From assembly GCA_002506425.1 (NCBI GenBank), contig DAXO01000017.1:50817-114816 (forward strand): a stretch of 64,000 nt of DNA, given 5' to 3'. Under the pieces are notes generated by a model, which saw only the letters and a list, made by a program, of their open reading frames with translations, ran no database searches and was not told the origin of the DNA. Of the stretch, positions 19,700 through 30,037 are shown one piece after another. How positions within the stretch are numbered: the first letter of the stretch is position 1; every line of letters starts with the position of its first letter. The stretch is from Methanomassiliicoccaceae archaeon UBA480 (GTDB lineage Archaea > Thermoplasmatota > Thermoplasmata > Methanomassiliicoccales > Methanomethylophilaceae). The translations under genes and the position numbers were made by a program.

Positions 19700-21736
19700 A
19701 TGTTGATAGAATACACTTGGCTGGTCCCCCTCATCCCGATGCTGTGCTTCCTTATCATCGGACTCGTTGGAAGGAAGACTCCTGAGAAGGGAGGCTACAT
19801 CGCAATCGCCGGAGCGCTTCTGGCGTTCATCATCTCCGCGGTCATCTCGTACGAGTACCTGACCGGCGACGTCTACCCCAACCCCGTGACCGAGCAGATC
19901 ATGTGGTTCCACATCGGGGACATCGAGATCAACCTCGGTTACTACGTCGACGGCCTGACCTGCCTGATGATGCTCTTCGCATCGTTCATCTCCACTCTGA
20001 TCTTCGTGTACTCCATCGGATACATGGGCGACCAGGGCGGAAGGAAGACCAGGTATTACGCCGAGGTCTCCCTGTTCCTTACCGGAATGCTCGGACTCAT
20101 CGTGTCCAGCAACTTCCTCGAGCTGTTCATCTTCTGGGAGGTCATGGGACTGTGCTCCTATCTGCTGATAGGATTCTGGTCCTTCAGGCACCCCGAAGGA
20201 GATGCGGCCTCCGCCAACGCCGCTTCCGCGGCCAAGAAGGCTTTCCTCGTCACCAGGATGGGAGATGTCTGTCTCATGGCAGGACTGTTCATCCTCCTCG
20301 GCGAGTTCCACAGCCTCGACTACGCCAACATGTTCGATCCCTCGGCCATCGCCGCCGTCGATCAGAACAACCTCACCCTTGCCATGCTCCTCGTCTTCGG
20401 CGGAGTCATCGGTAAGAGCGCCCAGTTCCCTCTGCACGACTGGCTCCCCGATGCGATGGCCGGACCTACCACGGTCTCCTCGCTCATTCACGCCGCGACC
20501 ATGGTCAAGGCCGGAGTCTATCTCGTCGCCAGGGGATACCCTCTCTTCATCCAGAATGCCGACGTCATGCTGTTCGTCGGAATCATCGGAGGGGTCACCG
20601 CATTCATCGCAGCCACCATGGCTCTCAACAACATGAACATCAAGAGGGTCCTTGCGTACTCCACCATCTCCCAGCTCGGATACATGATCCTGGCTCTCGG
20701 AGCGGGCGGATACCTCGTCGCTCTCGGAATGGACATGGGAGGGGAGGAGGGTGCTGCCCTCATCGCCGCAGGAACCGCTGGATTCGTCGCCGGATGCTTC
20801 CACATGATGAACCATGCGTTCTTCAAGGCCCTGCTGTTCATGTGCTCCGGATCCGTGATCCATGCAGTGGGCACGGAGGATATGCGCGAGATGGGCGGAC
20901 TCGGGAAGCACATGAAGATCACATCGATCACCATGCTCCTCGGTTCCCTGTCCATCGCCGGATTCCCTCTGTTCAGCGGATTCTGGTCCAAGGATCTCGT
21001 CCTCGAGATCGCGATGGAGGCCGGTCATGACGGAACCGTATGGTTCACCGTGCTCTGGGTCCTCGCGGTCGTCACAGCCTTCATGACCGCGTTCTACATG
21101 TTCCGCATGTGGTTCATGACGTTCATGGGAGAGGAGGGCCACGCCACGCAGCACTGCCACGGCGAGTCCCCCAAGACCATGACCACGCCTCTGGTCATCC
21201 TGTCCGTGTTCGCCGTCCTCAGCGGATTCCTCATAATGTTCGGCCTCGACGCCATGGTGTCCTTCGATGTGACCGCCACCGGATTCGTCGTCGGAGGAGG
21301 ACACTCCGAAGGATTCGAGTACTTCAGCGAGCTGTTCACCAACCCGTACACCTATCTGACCATCGTCCTCGCGCTCGTCGGTATCGGAATCGCGTACCTC
21401 ATGTACGTGAAGAAGACCATCGACCCCGCCAAGTTCAACAAGAACGGCCAGTCCTGGCTCTACAAGGCGCTCACCAAGAGATGGTGGTTCCCCGATCTGT
21501 ACAACCAGATTTCCTGGAAGCTCGGATTCGGAGTCGCCAAGGGCGTCAACTACGTCGACAGGCAGGTCATCGACGGTACCGTCAACGGCCTGTCCGCTGC
21601 GGTCGTTGGAGGCGGAGACGTCGTCAGCAAGATGCAGACCGGAGATGTCCACGACTACGCTTCCGTGGTCCTTCTGGGCGTTGCAGTCCTGTCCGTCCTC
21701 TTCGTCGTCATCGCGATGATCCTCGGAGGCATGTGA
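19700..21736 (+). CDS. fpoL: Fpo-like complex subunit L (antiporter-like)
   Basis: FWEVMGLCSYLLIGFW, KSAQFPLHDWLPDAMAGPT, HAFFKALLF. Confidence 0.95.
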   Translation: MLIEYTWLVPLIPMLCFLIIGLVGRKTPEKGGYIAIAGALLAFIISAVISYEYLTGDVYPNPVTEQIMWFHIGDIEINLGYYVDGLTCLMMLFASFISTLIFVYSIGYMGDQGGRKTRYYAEVSLFLTGMLGLIVSSNFLELFIFWEVMGLCSYLLIGFWSFRHPEGDAASANAASAAKKAFLVTRMGDVCLMAGLFILLGEFHSLDYANMFDPSAIAAVDQNNLTLAMLLVFGGVIGKSAQFPLHDWLPDAMAGPTTVSSLIHAATMVKAGVYLVARGYPLFIQNADVMLFVGIIGGVTAFIAATMALNNMNIKRVLAYSTISQLGYMILALGAGGYLVALGMDMGGEEGAALIAAGTAGFVAGCFHMMNHAFFKALLFMCSGSVIHAVGTEDMREMGGLGKHMKITSITMLLGSLSIAGFPLFSGFWSKDLVLEIAMEAGHDGTVWFTVLWVLAVVTAFMTAFYMFRMWFMTFMGEEGHATQHCHGESPKTMTTPLVILSVFAVLSGFLIMFGLDAMVSFDVTATGFVVGGGHSEGFEYFSELFTNPYTYLTIVLALVGIGIAYLMYVKKTIDPAKFNKNGQSWLYKALTKRWWFPDLYNQISWKLGFGVAKGVNYVDRQVIDGTVNGLSAAVVGGGDVVSKMQTGDVHDYASVVLLGVAVLSVLFVVIAMILGGM

Positions 21737-21737
21737 A

Positions 21738-23249
21738 ATGAGCATCGACACAATGATCCTGCCTCTCCTGCTGATCATCCCGTTCATCGGGACAGTCGCC
21801 ACCCTGTTCATGGGCGGCGAGAGGCAGAAATACGCCAAGGTCGTCGCCGGGGTCTTCTCGGCGATCACCCTCGTCCTGACAATCTACCTGATGTATGTCG
21901 GTCTCGGCAACTGGGGAGACTACTCCGTCAGCTACACCTGGATCGAGACATCCTCGATAACCATCAACTTCGCGCTCGCGGTGGACGGTCTCAGCATACT
22001 GATGATCTTCCTCTCCGCTCTGCTGACGCCTCTGGTCATCCTCTTCTCCGCTGGAGAGAGCGACAGGGCGAACTACTTCCATGCGCTGCTCATGGCGATG
22101 GAGGTCGGACTGATGGGAGTCTTCATGGCGGCGGACTACTTCCTGTTCTACGTCATGTGGGAGATCACCCTGATCCCCATGTACTTCCTCATCAGCTGGT
22201 ATGGAGGACCCAGGAGGCACTACGCCGCCATCAAGTTCTTCATATACACGCACGTGGCGTCGCTCGTCATGCTCATCGGAATCTTCGCGATGGGATGGAT
22301 GAGCTACGACATCACCGGTGTCGCCGACTTCGGATTCGACTACATGGAGCTCGTAATGTCCGGGACCTCCCAGGCATTCCAGGCGGCCGTCTTCGCCCTC
22401 CTGTTCTTCGGATTCATGGTCAAGATGCCGTCCGTTCCGTTCCATACCTGGCTTCCCGACGCGCATGTCGAGGCCCCTACGGCCGGTTCCGTCATCCTTG
22501 CCGGAGTCATGCTGAAGATGGGTTCCTACGGTATCATCAGGATCTGCCTGACCTGCTTCCCCGAGGGAGCGGAGTACTGGCAGTGGGTGATCATCGCCAT
22601 CGGACTCGTCTCGATGGTCTACGGCGCCTACGCCTGCATCGCGCAGACCGATCTCAAGAAGATGGTCGCATTCTCGTCCATCAGCCACATGGGAATGGTC
22701 ATGCTCGGAATCGGATGCCTGTCCGATATCGGAATAACATTCGCCATCTTCCAGATGTTCGCTCACGGACTCATCAGCGCCATGCTGTTCATGGTCTGCG
22801 GATTCACCGGACACGCTCTCGGAACCAGGGAGATCCCCCTGCTCGGAGGACTGGCTGGAAGGATGCCCGCATTCGCCACCTTCATGATGATCTCGTTCAT
22901 GGCCTCCCTCGGTCTGCCCGGCCTCGTCGGGTTCTGGGGAGAGTTCCCGCTCGTCTACGGGTTCTACGAGTTCATCCAGTCCGAGGGAGTCCTCTGGCTG
23001 CTGCTGTTCTGCCTGCTGACCCTGATGCTCACCGCCGGCTACTACCTCTGGTCCATGCAGAGGACGCTCTTCGGTCCCGAGACCACCAAGATCGACCTCG
23101 AGCACGTCCACGACCTGAGCAAGCCCGAGTTCGCGGCGCTGGCCGTTCTGGCCGTCCTCGTCGCCCTCTTCGGAGTCTGGCCCGATGCCGCCCTGAGCTT
23201 CATCGATCCCTATGTTGACGCGCTCGTCAGCTCCATGGGGGTGCTGTGA
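21738..23249 (+). CDS. fpoM: Fpo-like complex subunit M
   Basis: WEITLIPMYFLI, PFHTWLPDAHVEAPT, LKMGSYG. Confidence 0.95.
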   Translation: MSIDTMILPLLLIIPFIGTVATLFMGGERQKYAKVVAGVFSAITLVLTIYLMYVGLGNWGDYSVSYTWIETSSITINFALAVDGLSILMIFLSALLTPLVILFSAGESDRANYFHALLMAMEVGLMGVFMAADYFLFYVMWEITLIPMYFLISWYGGPRRHYAAIKFFIYTHVASLVMLIGIFAMGWMSYDITGVADFGFDYMELVMSGTSQAFQAAVFALLFFGFMVKMPSVPFHTWLPDAHVEAPTAGSVILAGVMLKMGSYGIIRICLTCFPEGAEYWQWVIIAIGLVSMVYGAYACIAQTDLKKMVAFSSISHMGMVMLGIGCLSDIGITFAIFQMFAHGLISAMLFMVCGFTGHALGTREIPLLGGLAGRMPAFATFMMISFMASLGLPGLVGFWGEFPLVYGFYEFIQSEGVLWLLLFCLLTLMLTAGYYLWSMQRTLFGPETTKIDLEHVHDLSKPEFAALAVLAVLVALFGVWPDAALSFIDPYVDALVSSMGVL

Positions 23250-24730
23250 TGTTCGTAACTGACATATTCGGAGACTACGCAGCCGTCGCGCCCATGATCA
23301 TCATGCTCATCGCGGCGCTGATCCTTCCCGCTGTCCACATCTTCGGCAAGAAGAGGACCGCCACCTGGGCTGTCGCCCTCGTGTTCACCGTCGTCTCGCT
23401 GCTGATCAACGCCTATATGCTCGCCGACGGCTTCGTCGGAGAGACTCTCGGCGTCTACGAGTACAACGAGTACACGGGTCTGATGATCCTGCTCTTCCAG
23501 ATCGTGCTGTTCCTGGCCGTCCTCGTCTCCAATGCGAGCACCGAGGTCACCAGGCTCCACGTCGGAGCGTACTACGCCCTGCTGATCGGAGCCACCACCG
23601 GAATGATGTTCGTCGCCGGGTCCTCGGACCTGCTGACGATCTTCGTCGGTGTCGAGCTCACCAGCATCTCGTCCTACGCACTCGTCACCATGAAGAGGAA
23701 CGACTCCAGGGCCGCAGAGGCCGGAGTCAAGTACGTCATCGTCGGAGGCCTGTCCACCGCTCTGACCATCTACGGTATCTCCATGATATACGGAATGACC
23801 GGAACGACGGACATCGCCGCCATCGCCGCGCAGACCGCCATAGACGGAATGAACTGGATGCTCGCCGTCGGTCTGGTCTGCATGGTCGCAGGATACGGCT
23901 TCAAGATCGCAGCGGTGCCCTTCCACATGTGGGCCCCGGATGTGTACGAGGGATCGCCCACACCCGTCTCTCTGTTCCTGGCAACTGGATCCAAGAAGAT
24001 GGGTCTGAGCGTGTTCTTCCAGATCTTCATGGTCCTGTTCGTGGCCGGCTCCTCGATGAGCGCGATATGCGGAGAAGAGGTCCAGTACCTCTTCGCCATC
24101 ATAGCAGCCTTCACGATGACCGTCGGAAACGTGGTCGCCATCGCCCAGAACAACATCAAGAGGATGCTCGCCTACTCCTCCATCGCCCAGGCAGGATACA
24201 TCCTGATCGCCCTGGCCGTCATGAACGAGTATGCGCTCTCCGCTGGTCTGTTCCACATGTTCACCCACGTGTTCATGAAGGGCGGAGCGTTCCTCGTCGT
24301 CGGCGCGCTCATCTGCGTCGGCATCGGCGAGAAGATCTCGGACTACAAGGGACTGGCAAAGAGGTCGCCCTTCCTGGCTGCCGCCATGCTCCTGTTCCTG
24401 TTCTCCCTCGCAGGTATCCCGCCTCTGGCAGGATTCACCTCCAAGTTCTTCCTGTTCAATGCAGCATTGGGCGGGGCGGACGGAGTGACCTCCCAGTGGG
24501 TCTGGCTGGCGTTCATCGCCATCCTGAACTCGGCGATCTCGCTGTACTACTACGCGAGAGTCGTCAAGGCGATGTATATCGAGAAGGGAGCCACCGAGGA
24601 GAAGATCAAGATCCCCGCCGCATTCCTCGCGGCTATCGTGATCTGCGTCGTGTTCGTCATCGTGCTGGGAGTCTACCCCCAGCTCATCTTCGACTACTGC
24701 GAGACCGCGGCCCACGCCCTTCTGGGCTGA
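23246..24730 (+). CDS. fpoN: Fpo-like complex subunit N
   Basis: EAGVKY, FKIAAVPFHMWAPDVYEGSP, KRMLAYSSIAQAGY. Confidence 0.95.
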   Translation: MMFVTDIFGDYAAVAPMIIMLIAALILPAVHIFGKKRTATWAVALVFTVVSLLINAYMLADGFVGETLGVYEYNEYTGLMILLFQIVLFLAVLVSNASTEVTRLHVGAYYALLIGATTGMMFVAGSSDLLTIFVGVELTSISSYALVTMKRNDSRAAEAGVKYVIVGGLSTALTIYGISMIYGMTGTTDIAAIAAQTAIDGMNWMLAVGLVCMVAGYGFKIAAVPFHMWAPDVYEGSPTPVSLFLATGSKKMGLSVFFQIFMVLFVAGSSMSAICGEEVQYLFAIIAAFTMTVGNVVAIAQNNIKRMLAYSSIAQAGYILIALAVMNEYALSAGLFHMFTHVFMKGGAFLVVGALICVGIGEKISDYKGLAKRSPFLAAAMLLFLFSLAGIPPLAGFTSKFFLFNAALGGADGVTSQWVWLAFIAILNSAISLYYYARVVKAMYIEKGATEEKIKIPAAFLAAIVICVVFVIVLGVYPQLIFDYCETAAHALLG

Positions 24731-24766
24731 GCCTCCTCTCCAAACCTCTTAACGAAACACTTTTAT

Positions 24767-24806
24767 GAATGCCCGGTCGCGGAGCGTGCTCCTCCTTCGG
24801 GCATTC
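24767..24806 (+). terminator. Inverted repeat after fpo operon, possible terminator/processing hairpin
   Basis: GAATGCCCG (24767-75) pairs with CGGGCATTC (24798-806); followed by a pyrimidine-rich tract. Confidence 0.5.
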
Positions 24807-24855
24807 TCTCTTCTATAGTCCCATCCTTTTAATACGGAACATCCATGTGGACGCG

Positions 24856-25821
24856 ATGTCCGAGTCTTGGCATTCCTGCATATCAGAGGAGTTAAACCTC
24901 GTGGAGTCTCTGATGAAGCGGGATCTGCAATCCGATAATCCCGAATTGACCGATATGTGTCTGTACGTCGTCGGGGCAGGGGGCAAGCGCCTGAGGCCCT
25001 CCCTGTGCATACTGTCCTATTATCTCTGCGGAGGAAAGGATGCGGAGAAGCCGGCCAAGATCGGAGCAGGGTTCGAGATCATCCACAGCGCCACCCTCAT
25101 CCATGACGATATCAACGATCAGGGCGAGGTCAGGCGCGGAAGGAAGGCTCTCCACAGGAAGTACACCATCAGCAAGGCCATCATCGCAGGCGATTTCATG
25201 TTCGCTATGGGATTCAGGCTGCTCGCCGCGGCCGCCCCCCACATCGTGGACTTCATCGTCGAGGCATCTGCCGCCATGGGAGCCGGAGAATTCGTGCAGA
25301 AGGATTTCGAGCACAAGACCTCCGTGAAGGAGGAGGATTATCTCCGCATCATAGAGAACAAGACCGCGAAGCTCTTCGAGGCCTCAGCCAAGTCGGGTGC
25401 CGCCGTCGCAGGTGCTCCGGCGGAGCTTCTGGATTCCATAGGGGCGTTCGCTCTCGCTGTAGGGATGGCGTTCCAGATCGTTGATGACACGCTGGATGTA
25501 TCCGGCGATCCGAAGAAGACCGGTAAGACCGTCGGAACAGACCTCATCGAGGGCAAGCCCACGTTGCCGGTCATCTATGCGATGGAGGATGAGGTCGTCG
25601 GTCCGGAGCTGAGCGAGATCTTCAGCAAGAAGGATCCGGATGAAGACGATGTCGCGCATGCGTTGGAGCTCATACAGAGGACCGACGCCGTCGACAGATG
25701 CATGGCCAAGGCTCGTTCCTTCGTGGATGCCGCACCGGACAACCTCGTAGATGTTCCGGAGTCCAGATACAAGGATGCGTTGCTCGATCTGGCCGAATAC
25801 GCGGTCCATCGCCAGAGGTGA
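24856..25821 (+). CDS. trans-polyprenyl diphosphate synthase
   Basis: GGKRLRP, LIHDDIND, RRG, FQIVDDTLD, DLIEGKPTLP. Confidence 0.93.
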   Translation: MSESWHSCISEELNLVESLMKRDLQSDNPELTDMCLYVVGAGGKRLRPSLCILSYYLCGGKDAEKPAKIGAGFEIIHSATLIHDDINDQGEVRRGRKALHRKYTISKAIIAGDFMFAMGFRLLAAAAPHIVDFIVEASAAMGAGEFVQKDFEHKTSVKEEDYLRIIENKTAKLFEASAKSGAAVAGAPAELLDSIGAFALAVGMAFQIVDDTLDVSGDPKKTGKTVGTDLIEGKPTLPVIYAMEDEVVGPELSEIFSKKDPDEDDVAHALELIQRTDAVDRCMAKARSFVDAAPDNLVDVPESRYKDALLDLAEYAVHRQR

Positions 25822-25825
25822 TTCC

Positions 25826-26911
25826 GTGGAGGAGGTCGACGTTCTAGTTGTCGGATCCGGTCCTGCCGGCAGCACTGCAGCCAGATTCGCTGCCGAAGGA
25901 GATGCTTCCGTTCTCTTCATAGAAAGGCGTGCCGAGGTCGGAGTCCCTGTGAGATGCGGCGAATTCATGCCGGGACTCGGAGAGATCAAGACCATGTTCC
26001 CGAAGCTCGAGGATGCCGATTCCCTGTTCGACATTCCAGACTCTCTGAGATGTCTCGATATAAAGGGAATCAAGCTCGTCAATCCGAAGGACAAGGTCAC
26101 TCTGCTGGATATGGACGGCTATACCACCGACAGGGACAAGTTCGACCAGTATCTCGCCAAGATAGCGGAGGAGGAGGGGGCTGTCCTTGAGAACAACCGC
26201 ATGTTCCTCGGCATCGAGGGAGGAGTCGCGAAGACCACCAAGGGCGATATCCGCTACAAGGTCATCATCGGCGCGGACGGTCCCGGATCAAGGGTCGCCC
26301 GCAGTCTGGGCCTCCAGAGGAATCAGAATCCCTATCCTGCTGTTACCGCTCAGGTCAAAGGGGATTTCGAGCCTTACATGTACATGTATTTCGGAGACAT
26401 CGCTCCTGGAGCATACAGCTGGATAATCCCGAAGGACGGAAGGGCCAACATAGGTGTAGGATTCTCTCCTAAATTCGCATCCGGAACCCTGTCCGAGTAC
26501 TTCGACAAGTTCGCGGAGAAGCGCGGATTCAACGAGCATTCGAAGCTTGAAGGGAAGTATGTGCCCAGCGAAGGTCCTATTCCGAAAACGGTCAGCGGAA
26601 ACGGCATGGTCGTGGGAGATGCAGCCGGTCAGGTGATTTCCGTCAACGGAGGCGGCATTCCTCTGGCGATGATCGCAGGAAGGATATGCGGAGCCGTGGC
26701 CGCGGAGAACATCTCTTCCGGCTCTCCTCTGTCGAGATACGAGACGGAATGGCGGAACGTGATGGAGAAGCCGTTGAAGACGGCGGCCTTCAACAAGAAG
26801 CTCGCAGATACGTTCGCTTTCAGGTCGGAGCGCAGCACAGCTATGTGCATGGCGATGCTCGGAGCCCGCAGGATGGGCAATCTCATCCGTTGCAAGCGTC
26901 TGTTTCCCTGA
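25826..26911 (+). CDS. Geranylgeranyl reductase family protein
   Basis: VVGSGPAGS, VRCGE, IGADG, VGDAAGQVISVNGGGI. Confidence 0.9.
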   Translation: MEEVDVLVVGSGPAGSTAARFAAEGDASVLFIERRAEVGVPVRCGEFMPGLGEIKTMFPKLEDADSLFDIPDSLRCLDIKGIKLVNPKDKVTLLDMDGYTTDRDKFDQYLAKIAEEEGAVLENNRMFLGIEGGVAKTTKGDIRYKVIIGADGPGSRVARSLGLQRNQNPYPAVTAQVKGDFEPYMYMYFGDIAPGAYSWIIPKDGRANIGVGFSPKFASGTLSEYFDKFAEKRGFNEHSKLEGKYVPSEGPIPKTVSGNGMVVGDAAGQVISVNGGGIPLAMIAGRICGAVAAENISSGSPLSRYETEWRNVMEKPLKTAAFNKKLADTFAFRSERSTAMCMAMLGARRMGNLIRCKRLFP

Positions 26912-27370
26912 TCGCTTCTTCCTGCAGGCTTTCATTGCAGATCCGCAAATGGGGCATTCGGGGTACTTTTCCTTGAACCATTTGCCGCATCCGAGACATT
27001 TGTAGTTCCATTTGACGACCTTCTTTATGCCTTGTGTCCCCACAGGGCGGCATTCCAGTCCAAGTACGCGCGCGACGTTCTGTATGGAATAGTCGTCGGA
27101 AAGGATCGTCCCGTCCACATCCAGGGCCAGGGCCAGCACGCTCCTGTCCATAGGCGACAGCCTCGTATCGTCTCCTGTCCTCTTGGCCGCTTCATCCACT
27201 CTGGCCATGGATTCCTTCGTGCAGTCTGATGTTCTGAGCATGTCTCCCCACAGGGACAGACGGGGGTCGTCGAATTTCCCGAGCTCTCTGATAACGCCGG
27301 GAGGGCACACATACTCCTCGTCGGGAGGAGCATCCAGAGTGAACAGGGCCGACGTATCGAGAACGAGCAT
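26912..27370 (-). CDS. nob1: Nob1-like PIN-domain endonuclease with Zn ribbon, 152 aa; ends at putative CGA stop
   Basis: VLDTSAL, LSDDYSIQNVA, CLGC...CPICGS; CGA abuts TGA of the convergent gene; standard ORF would overlap it by more than 600 nt. Confidence 0.88.
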
Positions 27371-27449
27371 GCACCGACATCGGCATCATCGTCATAATTG
27401 CTCCTATGGCACAGGTATATACGTCACGGCAGGATGTGGAATCGATACA

Positions 27450-28022
27450 ATGGACGTTCTGGGAGTCATAGCCATCATGCTGAACGGCCTCTGGCTGTTC
27501 CTGCCCGCCATGCTTCCCAATTCCGCCGCCGTGGTGTTCGGCGGAGGCACCAAGATCGATTTCGGAAGATCCTGGAGGGGAAGGAGGATATTCGGGGACG
27601 GGAAGTCCTGGAGAGGCTTCTTCGGGGGTGCACTCTCCGGAATAGTTCTGGGACTGATTCTCATAGGCATATCGGCCCTTTGCGGATCCGAAGACTATTG
27701 GGGATACGGGGAGTTCCCGCGTTGTGTGGGAATTCTCGCATGCCTCTCGTTCGGAGCCGTTCTGGGGGATCTGTGCGGAGCGTTCATCAAGAGGAGGCTC
27801 GGGATGGAGAGAGGGCAGAAGGCCCCTGTGCTGGACCAGTACGACTTCGTCATAGGAGCGTTCTGCATAACGGCCCTCTTCTTCCCGGATTGGGTCTATT
27901 CCAATTACATCGAGGGCTGGCACATAGCCGCTCTCATTCTGATCATCGCGATGATGTTCGCCATCCACAGAGCGGTGAACATAATCGGATACAGGATGGG
28001 TCTCAAGAAGGAACCCTGGTGA
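27450..28022 (+). CDS. carS: CDP-archaeol synthase
   Basis: PAMLPNSAAV, GDGKSWRG, GDLCGAFIKRRLG, APVLDQYDF. Confidence 0.92.
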   Translation: MDVLGVIAIMLNGLWLFLPAMLPNSAAVVFGGGTKIDFGRSWRGRRIFGDGKSWRGFFGGALSGIVLGLILIGISALCGSEDYWGYGEFPRCVGILACLSFGAVLGDLCGAFIKRRLGMERGQKAPVLDQYDFVIGAFCITALFFPDWVYSNYIEGWHIAALILIIAMMFAIHRAVNIIGYRMGLKKEPW

Positions 28023-28027
28023 TTCCA

Positions 28028-28558
28028 ATGAGTGAGTTGTCTGATGCACTGAAGGAATGCGGAGCGCTGCAGTTCGGCGAGTTCACCCTCGCTTCCGGCG
28101 CCAAGAGCGATTACTACATCAATATCAAGAAGGCGAGCACCGACCCGAAGGTTCTGGGTCTGATAGCCCGCCTCATGGCCGAGAAGATCAGGGAGAACGG
28201 CATAGACGCTGACAGGATCGCCGGCGTCGTTCTAGGAGCCGTTCCCTTGGAGGCTGCTCTGGCACTGGAGACCGGTCTGCCGTTCGTCATGGTGCGCAAG
28301 GAGAAGAAGGACCACGGCACCGGGAAGCAGATCGAGGGCGATCTCGAGAAGGGCGATGCCATCGTAATGGTCGAGGACGTCGTCACCACCGCCGGATCCT
28401 GCATAAAGGGCATCCATGTCCTCAGAGAGGCCGGTGCGGATGTCAAGTGGGTCCTGTCGGTCATAGACCGCGAGGCGGGAGGCGCCGAGGCACTGGAGGC
28501 AGAGGGCGTGAAATTCATCCCCCTGGTCAAGGGATCGGAGCTCCTGGGCGAGAGATGA
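28028..28558 (+). CDS. pyrE: Orotate phosphoribosyltransferase
   Basis: FTLASGAKSDYY, VRKEKKDHG, VEDVVTTAGS. Confidence 0.95.
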   Translation: MSELSDALKECGALQFGEFTLASGAKSDYYINIKKASTDPKVLGLIARLMAEKIRENGIDADRIAGVVLGAVPLEAALALETGLPFVMVRKEKKDHGTGKQIEGDLEKGDAIVMVEDVVTTAGSCIKGIHVLREAGADVKWVLSVIDREAGGAEALEAEGVKFIPLVKGSELLGER

Positions 28559-29871
28559 GGCCCGATCCGGACTGCAGTCTATGCGATCTCTGCAAGGGTC
28601 GCACACAGGTCGTGTATCCGGATGGGAATCCGGACAGCGGGATCGTCTTCGTGGGCGAAGGGCCGGGCGAGAACGAGGACATCCAAGGCAGGCCGTTCGT
28701 CGGAAGATCCGGGAAGATCCTGGCGGATGCCATGGCGCGCCACGGTTTCTCCCGTGCGGACGTTCTTATAACCAACACCGTCAAGTGCCGCCCTCCCGGG
28801 AATCGCGACCCGACGCCGGAGGAGATGGCCGCCTGCGGAGGCTTCCTGCGCTCGGAGATACGCGATGCCAGGCTGGTGGTGGGGCTCGGAAAGTCCGCAT
28901 GCCGCGATCTCCTCTGCTATGATGGTCCGATGGCGGATATCGTCAATCGCCCTGTCATGATACGCGTTGACGGGAAAGATGTGGAATTCCTGCCGACATA
29001 CCACCCTGCGGCGACGATCTACAGCAAGGTAGCCCGTGCGGGATTGGACGAAGCGATGAGGATGGTGGCCGAGAGGCTCAGGCCGAAGATGAGATTCGGC
29101 GGGTTCATGCTGGATCTGGATGGGACGATCTACAAGGGCGGTGCCCCCATACCGGGCGCCAAGGAGTTCATAGCATTCCTGAAGGACAGAGGGATCCCGT
29201 TCGTATTCCTGACGAACAATTCGTCCCGCGCCAGAGGATTCTATGCCAGGAAGCTGTCCGATATGGGTTTCGATGTCTCTCCGGAGGATGTGCTCACGTC
29301 GATGACCGCAACCATCCGTTTCCTGATATCAGAGAGGTTCGGCCGCAGCATCTATCCTGTGGCCGCCCCGGATGTCGTAGACGAGATGGAGGCCGCAGGA
29401 CTTGACATCGTGGACGAGCATCCCGACATAGTGGTGCTGACATTCGACAGGACGATAACATACGAGAAGATCAACAAGGCCTTCCATTTCCTGAGGGACG
29501 GTGCCGAGCTCATAGCCACCCATCCAGACGATGTATGTCCCACAGAAGACTCCTACGATATAGACATCGGGCCGTTCATCAGGATGTTCGAGCAGATGTG
29601 CCAGACCAAGGCTCTGATCATCGGGAAGCCCAATCGTCTGATGCTCGAGATGGCATCCCGCGAGATGGGGGTCGACCCTTCCGACGCTGTGATGGTCGGC
29701 GACCGTTTGTACACGGATATCGCCATGGCCTGCAATGCGGGGACCCAGTCCATACTCGTCCTTTCGGGAGAGACCGATGCCTCCATGCTGGAGGGCTCCG
29801 GCATCAGGCCAACCGCTGTGCTGGCATCGGTGGCCGATATACCGGATCTCGTCGAGCATTCTTCGTGCCGA
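28555..29871 (+). CDS. Family-4 uracil-DNA glycosylase fused to HAD-IIA (NagD-like) phosphatase; ends at putative CGA stop
   Basis: UDG: CSLCDLC, VGEGPG, TNTVKCRPPGNR, TYHPAA. HAD from ATG 29089: LDLDGTIY, LTNNS, GKPN, VGDRLYTDI. CGA at 29869-29871. Confidence 0.85.
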
Positions 29872-29896
29872 AGAGGCCCCATCCAGCTGTATGCTC

Positions 29897-29906
29897 TTTT
29901 TATATA
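29897..29906 (+). promoter_or_regulatory. Possible TATA box upstream of smc
   Basis: TTTTTATATA tract; it is intergenic only if the upstream gene ends at CGA 29869-29871. Confidence 0.4.
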
Positions 29907-30037
29907 CGCATCGCGCGTATACACTTTGTCGCGTGCGCGGGCGCGGAATTGAAGGGACCGGCCCGGACCGAGCAAGCGCGATATGGGATGCGAAGGGCCG
30001 TATGGGACGGCTCTAGCCCGAATGGGGTGTAAGACAG

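Noticed and set aside
18995..21868. 957-aa antisense ORF and other long shadow ORFs (e.g. 29983-32784, 23210-24715)
   Set aside because: Opposite-strand or off-frame shadows of well-supported genes in GC-rich DNA; no motifs.
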